Origin: Candidatus Nomurabacteria bacterium
GTDB lineage: Bacteria; Patescibacteriota; Minisyncoccia; Phycocordibacterales; UBA918
DNA length: 64,000 bases
Direction: 5' to 3'
Assembly (NCBI GenBank): GCA_020632075.1
Contig: JACKGH010000001.1
Location: 793,778 to 857,777, forward strand
Part shown: one piece after another, positions 1-9,070 of the stretch
Numbering within the stretch: the first letter of the stretch is position 1
Layout of the letters: every line of letters starts with the position of its first letter
Position numbers and translations under genes: made by a program
Notes under the pieces: generated by a model
Database searches by the model: none
Told to the model about the DNA's origin: nothing
Seen by the model: the letters and a program-made list of their open reading frames with translations, nothing else

Positions 1-210
1 TTTAGAATACTCGGAATCGCCAACGAGACTGTCTTAGTCGAAACAGTGTACGTCACTTGCTCTATGGACACCTCAAAGCCCGCTATGGCCTCTATAGCCT
101 CAACCACCACCTTCTCTACCGAAGCCTGTGGTGGCTTGAAGTGATTCTTATACTTCTCAAACAGATCACTCATCTGCTTCATTGCTTTTGGAGTGGAGTA
201 GTTTTCCATG
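1..210 (-). CDS. Partial CDS: N-terminal 69 aa of a small protein, 3' end off-window. Possibly DUF721/DciA-like, the small gene often found downstream of dnaN
   Basis: Own translation of the minus strand from ATG (complement of 208..210): MENYSTPKAMKQMSDLFEKYKNHF...VSIEQVTYTVSTKTVSLAIPSILK, open to the window edge. It is absent from the ORF track because it is incomplete. Confidence 0.35.
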
Positions 211-242
211 GTAGTAGTATATACTCGTCTTATGGTACGTAA

Positions 243-281
243 AAGGCCGGCGGAAGCTTCGCTTCCGCCGGCCTTTTATTT
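243..281. terminator. GC-rich hairpin (aaaaggccggcggaagc/gcttccgccggcctttt) with T-runs on both sides, just 3' of dnaN
   Basis: Perfect inverted repeat flanked by A/T runs, seen in sequence. Confidence 0.6.
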
Positions 282-287
282 ACACAC

Positions 288-1382
288 TTACTTATTCATT
301 GGCATCACTAAATATCGGAGACTTTGATCAGTCACTCCAGTCATGATCATTGCTCGACCAAGACCGGCAAAACTCATTTTAACCGAATCATCGTTAATAT
401 GATGTAGTGGATCCATAATGTACTGCTGGTTGAAATTAAGCGACAACTCCTCCCCTTCTACCTGCGCACGCACCGTGTCAGTTGTGTGACCTACCTCGTT
501 ATTTTGTGACGAAATAGTCAGGTTTGCATCAGTGATCATCAGTGATACCTGACGGAATTTATTAAGGAAGATATTTGTCTTCTTAAACGATCGCTGTAGA
601 TCATCCTTCAGAACAGTCACATGTGTCACAAACTCCTTTGGAATAATCTGTACATAATCTGGGAAACTACCTGTTACGAGTCGTGAAGAAATATACACCC
701 CACTCGGGAACCGAAGCGCACACTGGTTTTCATTTGTAATAAATACTGGATCCTCATGCACTACTTCACACACCCGTGCCAACTCAAGCGCGTTCTTTTG
801 CGGCACCATGATCGATTGTTCAAATACAAGCCCTTTTTGAGATACTGTCTTCTCCATCAAGCGGAACGAGTCGGTTGCCACAAAAGTTAGTGAATGCTCT
901 TTCTTCTGCTGAATAAACACACTGCCAAGTTCTGGTTTAATTGATGTCTGAGAGGCCGCAAACGCTACGCTCTTGATACCATATGCAAAAGTTGCACCCT
1001 GTACCTTAAGCTCCTCTCCTTGCAGCTGATGCTGCGTCGGAAACTCATCTACAGCGAATGTCTTAATCGAGGTGTTTGTGGTTGCTGTCTCAAGCTGCAG
1101 CACCTGCTCTTCAGTACGGAGCGTAATATCCTTTTGTGAAATGAACTGGATACTCTGCAGAAAGATCTGACTCGGCACAGCCACCACCCCCTCTTCAACA
1201 ACTTCTCCATCGAGTGGAATCTCAATACTGATCTCTAAATTGGTTGCCTGCAAGGTGATGACTCCATCCTTTGCTTCCATGCGAACACACTGGAGTACTG
1301 GTAGTGTGACATGTTTTGTACTTATTCGTCCTACTAGCTCAAGTGCTTCCGTGAGTTGTTTGTGTGGAATAGTTATCTCCAT
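288..1382 (-). CDS. dnaN: DNA polymerase III beta sliding clamp
   Basis: 364 aa. N-terminus MEITIPHKQLTEALELVGRISTKH... is a typical DnaN fold and length, and it sits immediately downstream of dnaA. Confidence 0.9.
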   Translation of the reverse strand: MEITIPHKQLTEALELVGRISTKHVTLPVLQCVRMEAKDGVITLQATNLEISIEIPLDGEVVEEGVVAVPSQIFLQSIQFISQKDITLRTEEQVLQLETATTNTSIKTFAVDEFPTQHQLQGEELKVQGATFAYGIKSVAFAASQTSIKPELGSVFIQQKKEHSLTFVATDSFRLMEKTVSQKGLVFEQSIMVPQKNALELARVCEVVHEDPVFITNENQCALRFPSGVYISSRLVTGSFPDYVQIIPKEFVTHVTVLKDDLQRSFKKTNIFLNKFRQVSLMITDANLTISSQNNEVGHTTDTVRAQVEGEELSLNFNQQYIMDPLHHINDDSVKMSFAGLGRAMIMTGVTDQSLRYLVMPMNK

Positions 1383-1690
1383 ATTTTTATTTTAACTCAT
1401 TCTACTCTTTATTATTAGGGGTGTGGAAGTGTGCAAAAGTCTAATCTATGGTGTGCTCTAAGGCTCATTCGTGGTGATTGTTTTTGGTAACTATGTGGGC
1501 GAGTTTGGGGTTGTTGAGGATAGTGATGTGGATAGGTGTTTTAAGGATTAATAATTCACGATAATTGTGGGTAAAAGTGCGTGTTGTTCTCTACTTATCC
1601 AGCTTACTCATAGTCGCTATCTACAGGTTTATATGGTTCTTATGTACACCAATTCCCAAGTTACTCACAGTTGTTGTGTAGAACACCTAA
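1383..1690. promoter_or_regulatory. dnaA-dnaN intergenic region with several DnaA-box-like 9-mers (TGTGGATAG, TTATCCAGC, TTATGTACA); candidate oriC/DUE module
   Basis: Near-consensus TTATNCACA words counted by eye. The region is AT-rich. Confidence 0.4.
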
Positions 1691-1720
1691 AACTGCCGGA
1701 TTGATCCGGCAGTTTTAGGT
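1691..1720. terminator. Hairpin aaaactgccggattgatccggcagtttt, 3' of dnaA
   Basis: 8-bp GC stem followed by a T-run. Confidence 0.6.
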
Positions 1721-1721
1721 G

Positions 1722-3107
1722 TTATTTAAGGAGTAATCGTACTTGTGTGATCTCTTCTTCAAGCTCCGTGTTGCTCTTCAGTTCCTCCTTGATCTTCTCA
1801 CAGGAGTGAATGACGGTGGTGTGGTCTCGGCCTCCTAGTTTCTTACCGATCGCTGGATACGAGACCTGGAAGTCTTCACGAAGGATGTACATAATGATCT
1901 GACGCGGCTTTACTACCTCTTTTCGACGTGTTTTTTCATAGATACTCGCCTGATCGATATCGTAGTAGCGTGCTACCTTCTCCACCACATCAGTAATAGC
2001 GAGAGTTTTTCGAGGTCGAGAGCTGTTTTTAATGATGGTGCGCACTTCATCTATGGAAAGCGCACGTCCGAGTAATTGTGACTGACACATGATGGTATTG
2101 AGAGCACCTTCAAGTTCACGCACATTCCCTTCAATGCTCTGTGCGAGGTGGTCAACTACATCATCATTGAGTGTGATGCTGTTCTGGGCTGCTTTTGCGC
2201 GCAAGATCGCTGCTCGTGACTCGAGATCAGGTGCTGGAAGGTCAACGATCATACCTTGGGCAAAGCGAGACTGGAGTCGTTCTTCCATGCCGTTTAGAAG
2301 AGCTGGATGCTGATCGCTCGAAAAGACGATCTGCTTATTGTTGTCATGTAGTGCATTGAAAAGGTGGAAGAGTTCTTCCTGAGTTTTCTCCTTTGAGGCT
2401 AGAAATTGCACGTCATCCATGATCAGTACGTCGTACTGACGGTACCGATCCTTGAAGTTGTTGGCGCTACCACTCTGGAGCGCGTTGAAGTAATCAACTG
2501 CAAATCGTTCAGAGGTAACATAGAACACCTTTTTCCCGGTCTTTTTAATGTAGTTTCCTACCGCCTGGATAAGGTGTGTCTTACCGTGACCAGTCTTACC
2601 GTATATGAAGAGTGGATTGTAGGTGATACCTGGCTTCTCACTCACTGTTTTAGCAGCAGCGTGTGCGAGTGCGTTGTAAGGTCCGACCACAAATGTGTCA
2701 AAAGAGTACTTAGGATTTAAGTTATCGCTCTTATTGATGTAGTAGTCTTCAAGTGGGAGAGCGGCATTAACTGTCTGATTCTTGGTTGACTCTTGCTTAC
2801 GCTCGTTACGTTGCGCGACAGTATACTCAACACTGCGAACATGCGGCGTGAGGTCTCGCAAGGTCTTCAGGATCATGGTCTGGAACTTGTCTTGCAGCCA
2901 ATCTTTTACAAACACACTTGGTACACCAATAGTGGCAGTGCCGTCTTCCAGTGACACAATATGAGTATCACGGAACCAAGTCTTGAAATTTGCGGTAGTA
3001 ATAGAGAGTTCGATCTTAACAAGTGCATCATCCCACAACTGTTTTACATCAACTTGTTCGGTGTGAACGATACTATTGGTTGTTGCTGAGTGTGAGATAG
3101 GATTCAT
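1722..3107 (-). CDS. dnaA: Chromosomal replication initiator DnaA
   Basis: 461 aa. AAA+ Walker A GKTGHGKTHL, sensor/box VII region, and the C-terminal DNA-binding signature ...DHTTVIHSCEKI. Confidence 0.95.
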   Translation of the reverse strand: MNPISHSATTNSIVHTEQVDVKQLWDDALVKIELSITTANFKTWFRDTHIVSLEDGTATIGVPSVFVKDWLQDKFQTMILKTLRDLTPHVRSVEYTVAQRNERKQESTKNQTVNAALPLEDYYINKSDNLNPKYSFDTFVVGPYNALAHAAAKTVSEKPGITYNPLFIYGKTGHGKTHLIQAVGNYIKKTGKKVFYVTSERFAVDYFNALQSGSANNFKDRYRQYDVLIMDDVQFLASKEKTQEELFHLFNALHDNNKQIVFSSDQHPALLNGMEERLQSRFAQGMIVDLPAPDLESRAAILRAKAAQNSITLNDDVVDHLAQSIEGNVRELEGALNTIMCQSQLLGRALSIDEVRTIIKNSSRPRKTLAITDVVEKVARYYDIDQASIYEKTRRKEVVKPRQIIMYILREDFQVSYPAIGKKLGGRDHTTVIHSCEKIKEELKSNTELEEEITQVRLLLK

Positions 3108-3313
3108 GGTGCATCAAAATCTTTTCGTAATCAGAATTATACTCGCCTGTGGAAAACTGTAAACTTTTTAGAAAAATCAATTGATTTTTCTACCCAAAAT
3201 TTTCTTAAAAAAATGCAACTGTGTATAAACTGTGCACAAGTCGAAAGACGTCCCCTCCCTATTGAACTTTTTTGATATTCCTGTATAGTTCCCTGGTACT
3301 AAATCTATCAGGT
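3108..3313. promoter_or_regulatory. Divergent dnaA / rpmH intergenic region with DnaA-box-like words (TGTGGAAAA; TGTGTATAA, which is the reverse complement of TTATACACA); candidate oriC
   Basis: Classic rpmH<>dnaA arrangement, boxes seen in sequence. Confidence 0.5.
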
Positions 3314-3463
3314 ATGGCAAAACGAACGTATCAACCAAGTAAGCGTAAGCGAGCAACCACCCACGGCTTCCTCGTCCGATCTGCAACAGCCTCTGGCCGA
3401 AAGATCATCCAGGCTCGTCGCCGGAAGGGTCGCGCGCAACTTACCGTTAAAAAAGCTCAGTAA
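3314..3463 (+). CDS. rpmH: 50S ribosomal protein L34
   Basis: [49 protein letters not shown] is a near-consensus L34. The real start is internal to track ORF 3272..3463. Confidence 0.9.
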   Translation: MAKRTYQPSKRKRATTHGFLVRSATASGRKIIQARRRKGRAQLTVKKAQ

Positions 3464-3541
3464 TGAGCTTTTTTAAATGGATAAGGGTAAAAGTATATAG
3501 ATTCGTTGCTGGTCAGAAGCTAGTACTGTAGTGTTGTAAGT

Positions 3542-3874
3542 ATGTTCAAAAAAAGTGAACGTGTTACCAAAAGAGAATTTACTGATTTCTTTGCCACTGG
3601 GAAACGACATCATTTCCCACTTTGTTCGATCATCACACTTCCCTTCCCAAAACGTAAGGTGGCGGTAGTGGTGAGTAAGAAGGTGGTGAAAAGTGCGGTA
3701 AAGCGAAACCTGATCAAACGGAGAGTATTTGCGGTGCTCCATAATGAACTATCTTCAAGTAACTATAAAGGTGTGTTGTTGGTGATCGTTAAGCCTGCGT
3801 TTGCAACCTTGTCACGAAAACAAGCAGCCGAAGAGTTTCGATCAATAATTGCCCAAGTGATAAAAAGTGCGTAG
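3542..3874 (+). CDS. rnpA: RNase P protein component
   Basis: 110 aa basic protein (MFKKSERVTKREFTDFF...KRNLIKRR...) immediately after rpmH. Confidence 0.85.
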   Translation: MFKKSERVTKREFTDFFATGKRHHFPLCSIITLPFPKRKVAVVVSKKVVKSAVKRNLIKRRVFAVLHNELSSSNYKGVLLVIVKPAFATLSRKQAAEEFRSIIAQVIKSA

Positions 3875-3886
3875 AATAGGCATATT

Positions 3887-4615
3887 ATGTTTAGTTGGAT
3901 TTGGCACACATTTTTCTTTGACCCAGTCTATAATGCACTGGTCTTTTTTATTGATGTAATACCAGGTGGTGATGTTGGGTTGGCGATCATTGCGACTATT
4001 TTGCTTGTAAAGACTGTTTTGCTACCGATCTCTATCAAGGCAGTGAAGACACAGAAGGTGATGCAAGAGATCAATCCTAAGATCAAGGAAATTAAAGAAA
4101 AGTACAAAGATGATCGGCAGCTCCAGGCGCAAGAAATGATGAAGGTGTACCAGGATGCTGGAATGAACCCACTTGCGAGTATCTTTTTGATGTTCATCCA
4201 AATTCCGATCATCATCTCACTCTACTTTTCGGTGTACAGCGGTGGCGGCGTGGCGTTGCCTGACATCAATCTAGATATTTTGTATTCATTTGTCGCTGCA
4301 CCACTAGAAGTGACAATGAACTTCTTGGGTCATTTTGATATTACACAGCGTAGTCTCTTGTTAGCATTAGGGGCTGGTGTGACCCAGTTCATTCATGTGA
4401 ATCTCACCATGCCAAAACTCCCTCCTAAAGAGGAGGGAGCGGAGCCGGATATGAAGGAGGATTTTATGCGCAATATGCAAACGCAGATGAAATACGTGAT
4501 GCCAGTACTGATTTTCTTTGTCGCCTACTCCCTCTCCGCGACGATCGCACTATACTTTGTGGTAAGTAACTTAGTCACGATCGGACAAGAGTACTTCATC
4601 CGCAAGCATCGGTAG
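3887..4615 (+). CDS. yidC: Membrane protein insertase YidC/Oxa1, short form
   Basis: 242 aa, multi-TM, in the conserved rpmH-rnpA-yidC order. Confidence 0.85.
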   Translation: MFSWIWHTFFFDPVYNALVFFIDVIPGGDVGLAIIATILLVKTVLLPISIKAVKTQKVMQEINPKIKEIKEKYKDDRQLQAQEMMKVYQDAGMNPLASIFLMFIQIPIIISLYFSVYSGGGVALPDINLDILYSFVAAPLEVTMNFLGHFDITQRSLLLALGAGVTQFIHVNLTMPKLPPKEEGAEPDMKEDFMRNMQTQMKYVMPVLIFFVAYSLSATIALYFVVSNLVTIGQEYFIRKHR

Positions 4616-4621
4616 TTATCT

Positions 4622-5371
4622 TTACTTTTTCAGCAAACACCAAGCAACGTTTGGGTAGGTTGGATCTAGTTGTAAGACACCATTAGCTTTACATGAATCT
4701 TCTGCTCTAGTGAATACTACATCACACGCCTCAGTTTGACATCTTGGAACTTGATACACTGATGTGTATTGAGCGGAATCAAACGTAAAACAACGACTTT
4801 CGTTATTGATCAGGAAAGATTGTTGTGCTTGTCCAACGCCACCAGTAGTTCCGGCTGTGCTTGGACATGACTCCTGTAAAGCAATCTTTTGATCGACTCC
4901 AGCTGATTCAGGCATAACCTCCATAGTGGCACCGGCGGCACCTGGTATATTTACGGTCTGTACTTTTGAGGCGTCTAGAGCAACTTTAGTATCTTTGGTT
5001 AAGGTGGTCTTTGTGGTCAATCTGTCCATATTCAGATTAACTTTTACAATATCTGGATTGATAACCGTAAGAATGATCACTGCCCCTAGTACGATCAAAA
5101 GCCCAAGTAGTGCGCCTTGAATATCCTTCTTAGCTTCGCTCTTTGAAGTAACAATATCTGTCATCATCCACTTTACTCCAGCAATAATGATCTTTATCAC
5201 CGCTAGTAATGCAGCAACTATGATTGATAATGCATACAATGCATTTATGTAGGTGTTGAGATCAGAATTTGCGGGAACTCCTGGTATACCAACTAATGGT
5301 TCATAGGTTGGTGCAGCCGCAAGCAGAATGCTCGGTAGCGCAACAAATAGTAAGGTGATGGCAAATTTCAT
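4622..5371 (-). CDS. VirB2/TrbC-like pilin candidate: signal peptide, two hydrophobic helices and a Cys-rich C-terminal domain
   Basis: MKFAITLLFVALPSILLAAA... then IIVAALLAVIKIIIAGVKWM and LLGLLIVLGAVIILTV. Last gene of the T4SS-like operon. The pilin assignment is an inference. Confidence 0.45.
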   Translation of the reverse strand: MKFAITLLFVALPSILLAAAPTYEPLVGIPGVPANSDLNTYINALYALSIIVAALLAVIKIIIAGVKWMMTDIVTSKSEAKKDIQGALLGLLIVLGAVIILTVINPDIVKVNLNMDRLTTKTTLTKDTKVALDASKVQTVNIPGAAGATMEVMPESAGVDQKIALQESCPSTAGTTGGVGQAQQSFLINNESRCFTFDSAQYTSVYQVPRCQTEACDVVFTRAEDSCKANGVLQLDPTYPNVAWCLLKK

Positions 5372-5377
5372 AACACA

Positions 5378-6598
5378 CTAATTAGTTGGTAATGACTCAG
5401 GTAATGTAGTCTCAAACGAGACATTTTCAGGTAACTCGAACAGCCAAAGTGTTTGGTCTTTTTTATTTAGGAACAATAAGATGTCGTCAGACATGGAAAC
5501 AACAAGTGTTGTAATATCTAGTTCCCTACCACTCTCAGAACGTATACTGGAAATGCGTTCGGCAGAGTTGAGAGAAGGTGTGATCTTCCAGAGATCGTCA
5601 GCAAAAGTTGTTACCCCTTTGTACCAATTGTCAGGTAAGGTTGCGTCAAGTTGTGTGGTACCTGCAGCACATACAAAAGATGAGTGTGTGTGATATGAGG
5701 TACACTTCTCAGTCAGCGTAGTAATAGGAAGATTTTTTAAGCCAGTTTGTGGGGTGTATAAATATGATTGGTAAGTTTTCCCACCGAATAGTTTACTTAC
5801 AATGACAGCTGAGCCATTACCGTAAGCAGTCAAACCATATCCATCAATTGGTAAGCGTGTCACTTTTCCATTTCTTACTTCATACACTAATCCCTCAAGT
5901 TGTGAGCTGGCTTTAGGGTACACATAATGGACTGAGTCGGCTGTTTCACCCCACTTGATAGCAGCCTCTCTGAATGGAATTGTAAACAGCTGTGCTGAGG
6001 TGTGTGATATTGGGTCATATTCGTATGTCTGTACTCCAGATGACACCTTAGTTGCATACAAGAAAGTGTTGTTAATAGTAGCAGCAAAGCTAGTTACCAT
6101 TCCCTCCAGCCCAACATTTTGTAGACCATTACTACTGGTGCTGAAAGAGCCAATAATCACTTCCCCAGTTGTACCTGACTGTACGATCACATGCTTTCCG
6201 TTAGGGGTCATTGCTGCAGTGCGTGCGCCTGGGATTGTGGTGCCTGAGATACGCTCTTCTTCCCCATCAGCAAGAGAAATGGTAAAGATGTGCCCGGTAC
6301 CCGCTTCAATGTAATACACCATAGGAGTCGAACTGGCGTCTTGTTGCACTATTTGGAATCCTGCGGTCGGTTCAGTAGTGAGTTGACGTAGACGTTCGGG
6401 TCCGGTCACATCAACTACAGGCGTTTCAGTGGTTGGTTGCGGTGTTACTACAGTGGTGTCAGTGGTGTCGCCAAAGTTAAGATTGTTGAATGTATCATCC
6501 CCACCTGAAGGCTTGCCGAAAAAGAGTATGTACACCCATACTGCCAATAAAATGAATACAAGGATGGCACCGATGATAATGAGAATTGGTCGTTTCAT
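5378..6598 (-). CDS. Membrane-anchored secreted protein, beta-rich and propeller-like, unknown function; T4SS-like operon
   Basis: 406 aa. N-terminal TM MKRPILIIIGAILVFILLAVWVYILFF, then a Thr/Gly-rich repetitive body. Confidence 0.7.
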   Translation of the reverse strand: MKRPILIIIGAILVFILLAVWVYILFFGKPSGGDDTFNNLNFGDTTDTTVVTPQPTTETPVVDVTGPERLRQLTTEPTAGFQIVQQDASSTPMVYYIEAGTGHIFTISLADGEEERISGTTIPGARTAAMTPNGKHVIVQSGTTGEVIIGSFSTSSNGLQNVGLEGMVTSFAATINNTFLYATKVSSGVQTYEYDPISHTSAQLFTIPFREAAIKWGETADSVHYVYPKASSQLEGLVYEVRNGKVTRLPIDGYGLTAYGNGSAVIVSKLFGGKTYQSYLYTPQTGLKNLPITTLTEKCTSYHTHSSFVCAAGTTQLDATLPDNWYKGVTTFADDLWKITPSLNSAERISSIRSESGRELDITTLVVSMSDDILLFLNKKDQTLWLFELPENVSFETTLPESLPTN

Positions 6599-6605
6599 AG
6601 GTTAG

Positions 6606-7580
6606 CTAAAAGTTAATGGTGATGCCATCTTCTACTCCTTGTAAGACTTGTTCCAGGCTGCGAACATGGAAGTTTAGGCTAGCTTGGCCTGTCGGACGTG
6701 TTCGTTGAATAGTGGCTTCATACGGATTTCCTGACAGCCCACTGGTTGCTCTACCATCAACTTCCCACTCACTGATGCCAGGGTTGTTGTATACACGAGA
6801 ATCTAAGAAGTACGGCTCAGCACGCAGTACCGCACTTGGGCCAATCAAGGCGTATGAATTGATTGATGCGGTTGTCTTTACGCCAAACAAACTACTCACC
6901 TCATAAAAGTACAATTCAGGTTCTTGCTGAACAACAAAAATCGATCGATTGGCAACAACTGTACCGTCTGGTCGACTAACCTGAACTGAAAGTATTGTTT
7001 TAGGGTCTCTTGGAATAGTAAATGAAACTTGATTACGGCCGCGAATCGGACCTCCTTCCAAGACCTGGTTACCAAACTGCCAGGTGTAAATATAGTTGTT
7101 GTTCTGTGATGTGGCCTCACTCACAAGTGCAGTTGCGTTTACAATACTGCCATAGCTTGGTAGAGCTCGACCAAGGTAAAAATCTGGCACGTGTGTTTGT
7201 GGCTCGAGGATAATATCAAGGTACATTGGTGTTATAACACTGTTTATGGTGCGTTTTCCACCAATTCCATCAGTCAATACCACTTGAATGATCTGCTGAG
7301 AACCATTTTCTCCAGCGATAAATGATGTCTGTCGCTTATTAGCTGCCTCTTCAATTACCTTTCCGTCAAATAGCCAAGTAATGGAAGTATTCAGGCTACT
7401 TTGGTAGTCATTTAAAGTGGCTGTCACCTCCTCCCCAGGTCGGGGGTGGGTCGGTTGGAGATCAATTCCTGATGCAGGCGCACCGAATTCGTTGGTATTA
7501 AATTGTGCATGTGTCGGTGCGACAACACCGAACAGTAAGAAGAGAAAAAGTATACTAAATGTCCTCATATCAGTAATCAT
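6606..7580 (-). CDS. Secreted protein with cleavable signal peptide, unknown function; T4SS-like operon
   Basis: 324 aa. N-terminus MRTFSILFLFLLFGVVAPTHAQ. Confidence 0.7.
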   Translation of the reverse strand: MITDMRTFSILFLFLLFGVVAPTHAQFNTNEFGAPASGIDLQPTHPRPGEEVTATLNDYQSSLNTSITWLFDGKVIEEAANKRQTSFIAGENGSQQIIQVVLTDGIGGKRTINSVITPMYLDIILEPQTHVPDFYLGRALPSYGSIVNATALVSEATSQNNNYIYTWQFGNQVLEGGPIRGRNQVSFTIPRDPKTILSVQVSRPDGTVVANRSIFVVQQEPELYFYEVSSLFGVKTTASINSYALIGPSAVLRAEPYFLDSRVYNNPGISEWEVDGRATSGLSGNPYEATIQRTRPTGQASLNFHVRSLEQVLQGVEDGITINF

Positions 7581-7815
7581 ACCAGATAGGGGTTGGTAAA
7601 AATGATCACGTTAGTTGATATCGGGGAAATGTACATTTAGAGGAATTGTGGATATATCTGAGGATAAACTTGTTCATATCTGTGTATATAGTTGCTAATC
7701 ATGTCTTGCAAGGTGTTAAATACTATGATATTAAGAATTATAGGCGTGATAATTGTAATTCTGTCAATATCACATTGTTCACGGGACACAGTTCCCTTTT
7801 TATATGGAGGCCGTC

Positions 7816-8091
7816 ATGGCTAGTAAAATGGCAATGGTCCTTGCAGGGACTGTGCTCATGGTTGGTGGTGCACAAGTTGCCCATGCGAACGAAGATGTGC
7901 TACCGCGTATCTCTCCTGCTTGTAAAGCAGACCCCGCGGATTGTGAAGACTTTGTGATAACAAAGTCAGGTACTCTTCGTCAGGGTCTGACGGGAATGTA
8001 CAATCCCAACCGCATCATGAAGGAGAATGGGTGGACTGAGAAAGATGCGAATCGTAAGTTACAGCCGGGTATGATGAAAATGAAGCTGTGA
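7816..8091 (+). CDS. Small secreted protein (about 91 aa) with a signal peptide
   Basis: GGAGG 7 nt upstream of ATG 7816. MASKMAMVLAGTVLMVGGAQVAHA cleavage-type signal. Followed by hairpin cccaaagtaacctttggg. Confidence 0.5.
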   Translation: MASKMAMVLAGTVLMVGGAQVAHANEDVLPRISPACKADPADCEDFVITKSGTLRQGLTGMYNPNRIMKENGWTEKDANRKLQPGMMKMKL

Positions 8092-8144
8092 TGTGGACGG
8101 AAATAGTCGCAACAAAATATCCCAAAGTAACCTTTGGGGTATTT

Positions 8145-9056
8145 TTACTTTGGATCTTTAAATACTGCAATGGTCCATGCAAAAAAGCATGGGAATAAAC
8201 TAACAAGAGGTACGGCATATCCAATGACTGCTAGTGCAAGCCAACCCCATTTCGCACTTGATTTATTTCCAGATAAGGGATTTAAGAAGGCAAACTTGTA
8301 AATCAAGTAAATAGTAAGTAGCAGGATAACGCCATAACCCCACAGGACTGTTTGTAGGATAAAGTAAAAGTTCAATGGGTCGAGTATCGTTAGGTCAATG
8401 TGAAAAATCGCTTTACTTACAACATTAAGTCCTTCAAATAGTGTTTTGACTACCTTAGAAAATAGGTCTGTAATTTGGACCAAAAATCCACCCTCAGTGT
8501 TCTCAGAAACATTTTTTGAGAAAAAAGTTCTTATAGTAATGGCCATTCCCAAGAAAATCAGGCTCATCATAGCTAAAGGTACTTGAAATGTTAACCAGAG
8601 TGGGAATGCCCAGGCGTAAATGCCAGTATTAACAGCGAATGCTCTTGTTCTTCCTAAAGCAACTTTTGCAGCAGAAGGACCCTTCTTCTTTAATTTGATC
8701 GACTGGGCGGGAACGAAGTCTTCTTCATATTCTGGTTCAGGGTAGTATTCCACTGCTGCGCCGCGAGTAGAATCAATGGTTTGTTGGTTGGGAGCCTGGA
8801 CATCAGGACCTACAAGACCTTTTGCTTGGATTCCTGCGTCTACATATTGTTCCTGAGTGAACCGTTCAGAAATGGTTGGTGCAGAACCGGCTTGGGTAAC
8901 TGTGGGAGTAGTAGTCTCTACCTTTCTGGTCCGGGGGCCACGAAAACGGCGGTTAGGGTCATAGCTATATACTGACTCATTACCTTCTAGACGACCACTA
9001 CGCCGCACATGTCTGGTGCGGTCGTTGGGGTTAATGTTTCGAGCTGGCTCCGCCAT
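8145..9056 (-). CDS. Polytopic membrane protein, unknown function; T4SS-like operon
   Basis: 303 aa. Charged N-terminal 140 aa, then 4-5 TM helices. Confidence 0.65.
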   Translation of the reverse strand: MAEPARNINPNDRTRHVRRSGRLEGNESVYSYDPNRRFRGPRTRKVETTTPTVTQAGSAPTISERFTQEQYVDAGIQAKGLVGPDVQAPNQQTIDSTRGAAVEYYPEPEYEEDFVPAQSIKLKKKGPSAAKVALGRTRAFAVNTGIYAWAFPLWLTFQVPLAMMSLIFLGMAITIRTFFSKNVSENTEGGFLVQITDLFSKVVKTLFEGLNVVSKAIFHIDLTILDPLNFYFILQTVLWGYGVILLLTIYLIYKFAFLNPLSGNKSSAKWGWLALAVIGYAVPLVSLFPCFFAWTIAVFKDPK

Positions 9057-9070
9057 ACCCTAAAAGTATA

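Noticed and set aside
2089-2964. Three plus-strand ORFs (74-104 aa) inside dnaA
   Set aside because: Antisense to an unambiguous dnaA
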